A stretch of DNA of 14,077 nucleotides from a virus. Positions within the stretch are counted from its first letter, which is position 1. Each line of letters opens with the position of its first letter. The stretch lies in the IMG/VR virus record IMGVR_UViG_3300037264_007252. The stretch is one strand, 5' to 3'. A program made the position numbers and the translations under genes. Below are positions 13,452-14,077 of the stretch, piece after piece. A model generated the notes under the pieces. The model had not been told where the DNA came from. It ran no database searches and saw only the letters and a list, made by a program, of their open reading frames with translations.

Positions 13452-14077
13452 ATGACCCGACTCGTTCACTTCATCCTTGCTCTCAGCGCCTGCGGCGCAT
13501 TGCTGGCTTGCCCTGGCCCCAAGCCCAAGCCGCAGCCTGAGCCCCACAAGGTCATCGTCATACCCGGGACGACCGTGTTGATCGCACAGGCGGAGCCTGC
13601 CGTCGGAGCTACCGCCGCTGCGTCAGTCACCGTCTACATCAGCTTCGGTGCCGACTCGGTGATCCAAGCGGCTGACTGGGCGAGCTGGTGCACGACGACG
13701 TCGGCGCTCACCTGCAACTTCAACCTGACCGGCTCGAAGGCGTTGCCGAACCCGAACGGCGCGTACCTCAACATGACGATGAGCGTCGGCGCACCTGTCG
13801 GCTGCGGCGTGACCAAGGCCGAGCTGAACGTCAACAACCCGAACTGGTACGACACGCTCGACGTGAGTCTCGTCGACGGCTACAGCAACAACATGGAGAT
13901 CCGCTACACGCCACCGACGGGGCCGCCGGTGACAACGTTGGGGCCGCTCAACGGTCAGACTGGGAACGAAAAAGTCCTGGGCGTTTACCCCTACGGCTGC
14001 GATGTCTGCGTCGCTCGACAGAACCCACCGTGTGGGATCCCGACGGGAACTGACGGCTGCAAGGCAGGGACGCAGTA
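13452..14077 (+). CDS. 3'-truncated lipoprotein (lipobox L-S-A-C) with a thaumatin-like (TLP/GH64-like) domain motif
   Basis: ATG 13452 with an AAGAGGAG Shine-Dalgarno. The signal peptide 'MTRLVHFILALSAC' has a lipobox Cys14. Frame 0 is open to the window edge and the gene is absent from the track because there is no stop inside the window. 'AELNVNNPNWYDTLDVSLVDGYSNNMEI' closely resembles the conserved thaumatin-family core '...LNQ...DF.DISLVDGFN.PM.F'. Confidence 0.5.
   Translation, partial: MTRLVHFILALSACGALLACPGPKPKPQPEPHKVIVIPGTTVLIAQAEPAVGATAAASVTVYISFGADSVIQAADWASWCTTTSALTCNFNLTGSKALPNPNGAYLNMTMSVGAPVGCGVTKAELNVNNPNWYDTLDVSLVDGYSNNMEIRYTPPTGPPVTTLGPLNGQTGNEKVLGVYPYGCDVCVARQNPPCGIPTGTDGCKAGTQ

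Noticed and set aside
1-14077. CRISPR arrays, tRNA/rRNA genes, IS elements or terminal inverted repeats
   Set aside because: No regularly spaced direct repeats, no tRNA-like T-arm or anticodon structures in the few non-coding gaps, and no transposase-like ORFs were seen.

Overview
This is a high-GC (about 65%), densely packed window, mostly plus-strand, with many genes joined by ATGA/GTGA start-stop overlaps. Shine-Dalgarno sites show it is bacterial or phage, and the style (many tiny zinc-ribbon ORFs, a lysis-like module, no housekeeping genes) looks like a phage/prophage or accessory island. The main finding is an 877-residue CDS (3745..6378) that I recognise, from memory, as a full-length homolog of the eukaryotic major vault protein (MVP). 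It has N-terminal MVP repeat domains, an SPFH-like shoulder and a long coiled-coil cap-helix. A zinc-ribbon protein with a Gly/Arg-rich tail follows it, after a 280-bp non-coding gap. Other notable content: an HD-domain hydrolase; at least seven small CxxC zinc-ribbon proteins; three tandem minus-strand genes for small membrane proteins, two of which share a near-identical 56-nt 5' sequence apart from a 42-nt in-frame indel; a divergently transcribed lytic-transglycosylase-like gene with a palindromic putative operator between two apparently leaderless promoters; and a 3'-truncated lipoprotein with a thaumatin-like motif. I found no rRNA, tRNA or CRISPR array. Coordinates follow the supplied ORF track; motif positions between about 10560 and 10680 may be off by 1 nt.
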